DNA of 64,000 nt, from contig JAJDAR010000082.1 in the NCBI GenBank assembly GCA_029261775.1, positions 20,215-84,214 of the forward strand, given 5' to 3'. Under the pieces are notes generated by a model, which was given only the letters and a program-made list of their open reading frames with translations, searched no databases and was not told the DNA's origin. Shown piece by piece: positions 63,501 through 64,000 of the stretch (position 1 is the first letter of the stretch; the number at the start of each line of letters is the position of its first letter). The stretch is from Deltaproteobacteria bacterium. GTDB taxonomy: Bacteria; Myxococcota_A; UBA9160; UBA6930. Position numbers and translations under genes: made by a program.

Positions 63501-64000
63501 CCGCCTGGCAGGTGCCGCCCGCATCGCAGGTCTCGGCACCGTTGCAGAGGGTCGCGTCGTCACAGGCCGTCCCGGCCGCCACGGGCACGTTCTGGCAGCC
63601 GAGCACCGCATCGCAGCTGTCCGCGGTGCAGGGATTGCCGTCGTCGCACGCGAGCGGTGCGCCGGCCTGGCAGGTGCCCCCTGCATCGCAGGTCTCGGCG
63701 CCGTTGCAGACCGTGGCGTCGTCACAGGTCGTCCCGGCGGCGACCGGCACGTTCTGGCAACCCAGGACGGCGTCGCAGCTGTCCGCCGTACAGGGGTTGA
63801 GATCGTCACAGTCCACCGGGTTGCCGCTCACGCAGATCCCGCTCAGCTGACAAGTCTCGTCACCGTTGCAGACATCGCCGTCGGCGCAGCTCGTGCCATC
63901 CGCGAGGGGCACGTTTTGACAGCCGAGGACCGCATCGCAGCTGTCGGCGGTGCAGAGGTTGCCGTCGTCGCAGCTCAGCGCCGTGCCGGCCTGGCAGGTG
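54556..64000 (-). CDS. giant secreted multi-domain Cys-rich repeat protein (5' end outside window)
   Basis: The frame is open from 54556 to the window edge. The M at 63912 is an internal GTG (Val), and codons 63913-64000 continue the repeat (...TCQAGTALSCDDGNLCTADSCDAVLGCQN). More than 3,147 codons lie in the window. Order N to C: about 43 Cys-rich repeats, TSP3-like Asp-rich repeats, a parallel beta-helix, two MopE-like metal-binding motifs, a cohesin-like domain and a dockerin. Confidence 0.9.
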   Translation of the reverse strand, partial: TCQAGTALSCDDGNLCTADSCDAVLGCQNVPLADGTSCADGDVCNGDETCQLSGICVSGNPVDCDDLNPCTADSCDAVLGCQNVPVAAGTTCDDATVCNGAETCDAGGTCQAGAPLACDDGNPCTADSCDAVLGCQNVPVAAGTACDDATLCNGAETCDAGGTCQAGTPLACDDGNPCTADSCDAVLGCQNVPVAAGTACDDATVCNGAETCDAGGTCQTGTALNCDDGNPCTADSCDAVLGCQNVVVADGTSCEDGLFCTSGDICQTGTCQGGGPIDCSSATTQCTLGVCNEATDLCDAVPVADGTSCEDGSFCTTADTCQSGSCSGGSPPNCNDGETCTSDSCNPSTGCVNNPVANGTACDDGSVCTSADSCQTGACTGTAANCDDSNPCTADSCDAVLGCQNVPVTNGTSCADADLCNGAESCQAGACSSGAPLNCDDGNPCTADSCDAVLGCQNVPLADGTSCGDGDVCNGAETCQLSGICVSGNPINCDDGNECTADSCDAVLGCQNAPVADGTTCDDGNSCTTGDSCQVGACTGGVGPNCDDGNPCTADSCDLVLGCQNTPVAAGTACDDATLCNGAETCDAGGTCQAGTALNCDDGNPCTADSCDAILGCQSVPVAAGTACDDATLCNGAETCDAGGTCQAGTALNCDDGNPCTADSCDAILGCQNVPVAAGTACDDATLCNGAETCDAAGACQPGTALNCDDGNLCTADSCDAVLGCQNVPVADGTSCGDGDACNGDETCQLSGICVSGNPLDCDDSNECTADSCDAVLGCQNVPVADGTSCDDGNSCTTGDSCQVGACTGGVGPNCDDGNPCTADSCDAVLGCQNVPVAAGTACDDATLCNGAETCDAGGACQPGTALNCDDGNPCTADSCDAVLGCQNVPVADGTSCADGDVCNGAETCQLGGTCVSGNPLLCDDGNECTADSCDAVLGCQNVPVADGTSCDDGNSCTTGDSCQVGACTGGVGPNCDDGNPCTADSCDLVLGCQNTPVAAGTSCADGDLCNGGETCDAAATCQPGTAPNCDDGNPCTADSCDAILGCQNVPVTDGTSCVDADLCNGAESCQAGACSAGPPLNCDDGDPCTADSCDAILGCQNVPVADGTSCEDGLFCTTGETCQIGACQGGGPIDCSGSTTQCTLGVCNESLDICDAIPVANGTSCEDGSFCTTTDTCQSGSCSGGPPPNCNDGETCTTDSCNPSTGCVNNPVTNGTVCDDGTVCTSGDSCQAGACVGAGANCDDGNVCTADSCDAVLGCQNVPLSAGTACADGDLCNGGETCDGAGACQAGPPPNCDDGNLCTADSCDAVLGCQNATLPDGTTCADGDVCNGAETCQLSGICVSGNPLNCDDGNPCTADSCDAVLGCQNVPVADGTSCADGDVCNGDETCQLGGTCVSGNPLLCDDGNECTADSCDAVSGCQNVAVVDGTLCDDGDACSTGDSCQAGACTGGVGPNCDDGNPCTADSCDLVLGCQNVPVAAGTACDDATLCNGGETCDGGGACQPGTAPNCDDGNPCTADSCDAVLGCQNVPVGAGTACDDATVCNGAETCDGAGACQPGTAPNCDDGNACTADSCDAVLGCQNVPVADGTSCDDGSACTTADSCQTGTCTGGAPPNCDDGNECTADSCDAILGCQNVAVTDGTSCDDGNACTTGDTCQVGACTGGVGPNCDDGNECTADSCDLVLGCQNVPVTDGTTCDDSNACSTADSCQAGACSGGPALNCDDGNLCTADSCDAVVGCQNLAIPDGSSCSDGDVCTGNELCQSGICLPGLPLNCDDGNACTADSCDSVTGCANAPVVDGTTCDDSNTCTTVDSCQLGVCTGSTPLNCDDGNLCTADACDAVTGCVNVSLPNGTTCSDNDVCTGTEICNTGVCVPGLPLNCDDGNACTADSCDAILGCQNVAVTDGTICNDSDACTSGETCQLGICSGGGAVNCDDGNPCTADSCDAVFGCQNVAVTDGTSCLDADLCNGTELCQAGVCQTGATLNCDDGNDCTADSCDAILGCQNVPIADGSSCDDNLFCTSTDTCTAGVCNGGPPVDCTFLDTSCRVGFCNETNDACEFNNFQDGTVCSDNSVCTPSDVCLVGQCVGLTFLDCTDGNLCTTDSCDPITGCFNPNLPDGTGCTDVDACTSGDQCLTGSCTGTPIICDDGQACTTDACDSVTGCFATPIPDGGACDDGFFCTENDTCVTQVCIAGTPRDCSSASDQCNFGLCDDVADACVPSPLIDGFPCFDSDACTTGDTCQGGSCAGGSPLNVDDGSVCTADSCDSNFGEVHTPINCDDGDPCTVDTCDALAGCSNVLDTADQDGDGTPDACDACPGDFDNDIDGDEICGLVDNCPFQFNPSQLNADNDGLGDVCDPDSLYVDPTSNCPTPVSCGSCGTIFQPYPTIQDAINCASGSSAAIIVEPGLYLENLTLTGKRFTLQSSSGPSVTTIQGGGSTPTLTLGLGGGKKTVDGFTISNAGSGGGIDVNIASVAIQNNVLTANLNAGDGGAIKVFAATGTIEDNVIAGNRSLQNGGGIALEATTIDVRRNTIQNNQSRLQGGGVYIKAATSDLEDNVIDGNLAGTHGGGVAVNTGTPTLKDNIFSGNVTNVNAGGRGGGFYGFESSALVVGNEFVGNTAQGGGGLLMESASIRVRGNRFSSNMSLGSGGGGVALLNVPGSGGTPANVASNFFDSNVSTTAGGGVWCESSSSLEIVNNTLVQNAATIGGGGIYLGICTGTITNNIVADSQAGAGIFCGAPATSVVDFNNVWNNVPLDFSGTCSAGANGFSADPLFVAGGCPGDLHLDPSSPLVDVGDSTTTGIPSEDIDEQPRVQDGRANAMAVVDVGADEFGCVDLDGDGLTACTSPPDCDDTNALVNPYAPEICDGLDNDCDCQVDEGVSVDSDGDGVTTCGGDCNDGNPAILPGALELCDGVDNNCNGAIDEGFGDSCVAGAQAAIGLGSAIGDPGTDVGVTATLSFIDPLVQISATSNDLFFNQSLLDANPVCVINPAIGPGTTFNKSLAQSSQGSGIWRVAIADPFGNEVIPEGDLYTCTFSYDLSAAPGTYALGTGATASDPTGVPVPVNGLSGSIAVLGAGGTTPATGLVGDCDGQGGVSIAEVQLVINIFAGIDVLASCPAADASADGVVDAAEVQLTINNHLGF
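54559..54726 (-). other. C-terminal dockerin (paired EF-hand) module of the giant protein
   Basis: Two canonical 12-residue Ca loops, DCDGQGGVSIAE and DASADGVVDAAE, are each followed by VQL(V/T)IN helices. The spacing is typical of type I dockerins. Confidence 0.7.
54727..55176 (-). other. cohesin-like domain of the giant protein
   Basis: DVGVTATLSFIDPLVQISATSNDLFFNQSLLD...CVINPAIGPG...LYTCTFSYDLSAAPGTYAL has the same pattern as the N-terminal domain of the downstream 272-aa protein. Confidence 0.55.
55500..56820 (-). other. right-handed parallel beta-helix (PbH1-type) region of the giant protein
   Basis: About 20 successive ~23-aa turns with N-x-(I/V/F)-x-x-N and GGG(I/V/L) motifs, for example IQNNVLTANLNAGDGGAIKV, IAGNRSLQNGGGIALE, IQNNQSRLQGGGVYIK and IDGNLAGTHGGGVAVN. 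Confidence 0.75.
57091..64000 (-). repeat. in-frame tandem coding repeat array, unit ~162 nt (~54 aa, 8 Cys)
   Basis: Consensus CDDGNPCTADSCDAVLGCQNVPVA(A/D)GT(A/S)C(D/A)D(A/G)xxCNGAETCxxGGxCQxGxxLN. About 43 units by manual count. Many copies are near-identical at the DNA level. Confidence 0.9.

Noticed and set aside
53977-63850. Series of long plus-strand ORFs (53977-57327, 57404-58228, 58244-58864, 59048-59896, 59927-60631, 60644-61756, 62579-63850) with their own SQLSAVQGLPSSQF-type repeats
   Set aside because: They are the reverse-complement reading of the Cys-repeat array (GCA/GCT/CAG codons mirrored). The periodicity is inherited from the minus-strand gene, which has the coherent domain structure and terminal dockerin.
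57091-64000. Regular ~160-nt periodic repeats that might suggest a CRISPR array or satellite
   Set aside because: The period is an exact multiple of 3. The array is continuous, in frame and without unique spacers, and it encodes a conserved eight-Cys module. It is a coding tandem repeat, not a CRISPR array.
1-64000. Mobile element or genomic-island interpretation of the accessory-looking locus
   Set aside because: No integrase, transposase, tRNA attachment site, flanking direct repeats or abrupt compositional shift is visible. Only short intergenic regions are lower in GC. Horizontal acquisition cannot be assessed from this window.

Overview
This is very GC-rich bacterial DNA. Third codon positions are almost all G/C, and nearly every real gene has a long Arg/Pro/Gly-rich shadow ORF on its antisense strand. 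I saw no rRNA, tRNA, CRISPR array, transposase or integrase. I call about 45 genes. They are tightly packed, and many pairs share 4-nt ATGA/GTGA start-stop overlaps. Positions ~1-50,140 read as one large cell-envelope glycan or glycoconjugate decoration island. It holds 11 polytopic GT-C-like membrane proteins: three YfhO paralogs, three ArnT/PMT-like proteins, one DUF2029/GT87-like protein, one TMTC-like GT-C-TPR fusion and three unclassified proteins. It also holds three soluble Dpm1/Ppm1/GtrB-like polyprenyl-phosphate-sugar synthases, one GT4 and one GT9 transferase, seven class I SAM methyltransferases (three with N-terminal Cys4 zinc ribbons), two AT3 O-acyltransferases, a radical SAM/SPASM enzyme, an NAD-dependent epimerase/dehydratase and two sulfatase-fold lipoproteins with Thr at the nucleophile position. 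The most unusual part is a Dlt-like extracytoplasmic acylation module: an acyl-AMP ligase, an ACP, an MBOAT, an SGNH/DltD-like protein and a 44-codon DltX-like mini-ORF ending FIYEAF. I found no Wzx/Wzy/Wza/Wzc, ABC exporter or initiating phosphoglycosyltransferase. Positions 50,150-64,000 encode secreted proteins: a small exported protein, a 485-aa Cys-rich orphan with its own terminator and a possible sigma54 promoter, a membrane-anchored DsbA, a cohesin-like/dockerin-like protein, and a giant protein of more than 3,100 aa that runs off the right edge. The giant protein has about 43 tandem ~54-aa eight-cysteine repeats, Ca-binding TSP3-like repeats, a parallel beta-helix, MopE-like metal-binding motifs, a cohesin-like domain and a C-terminal dockerin. 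All functional calls rest on motifs read by eye; no database search was possible.
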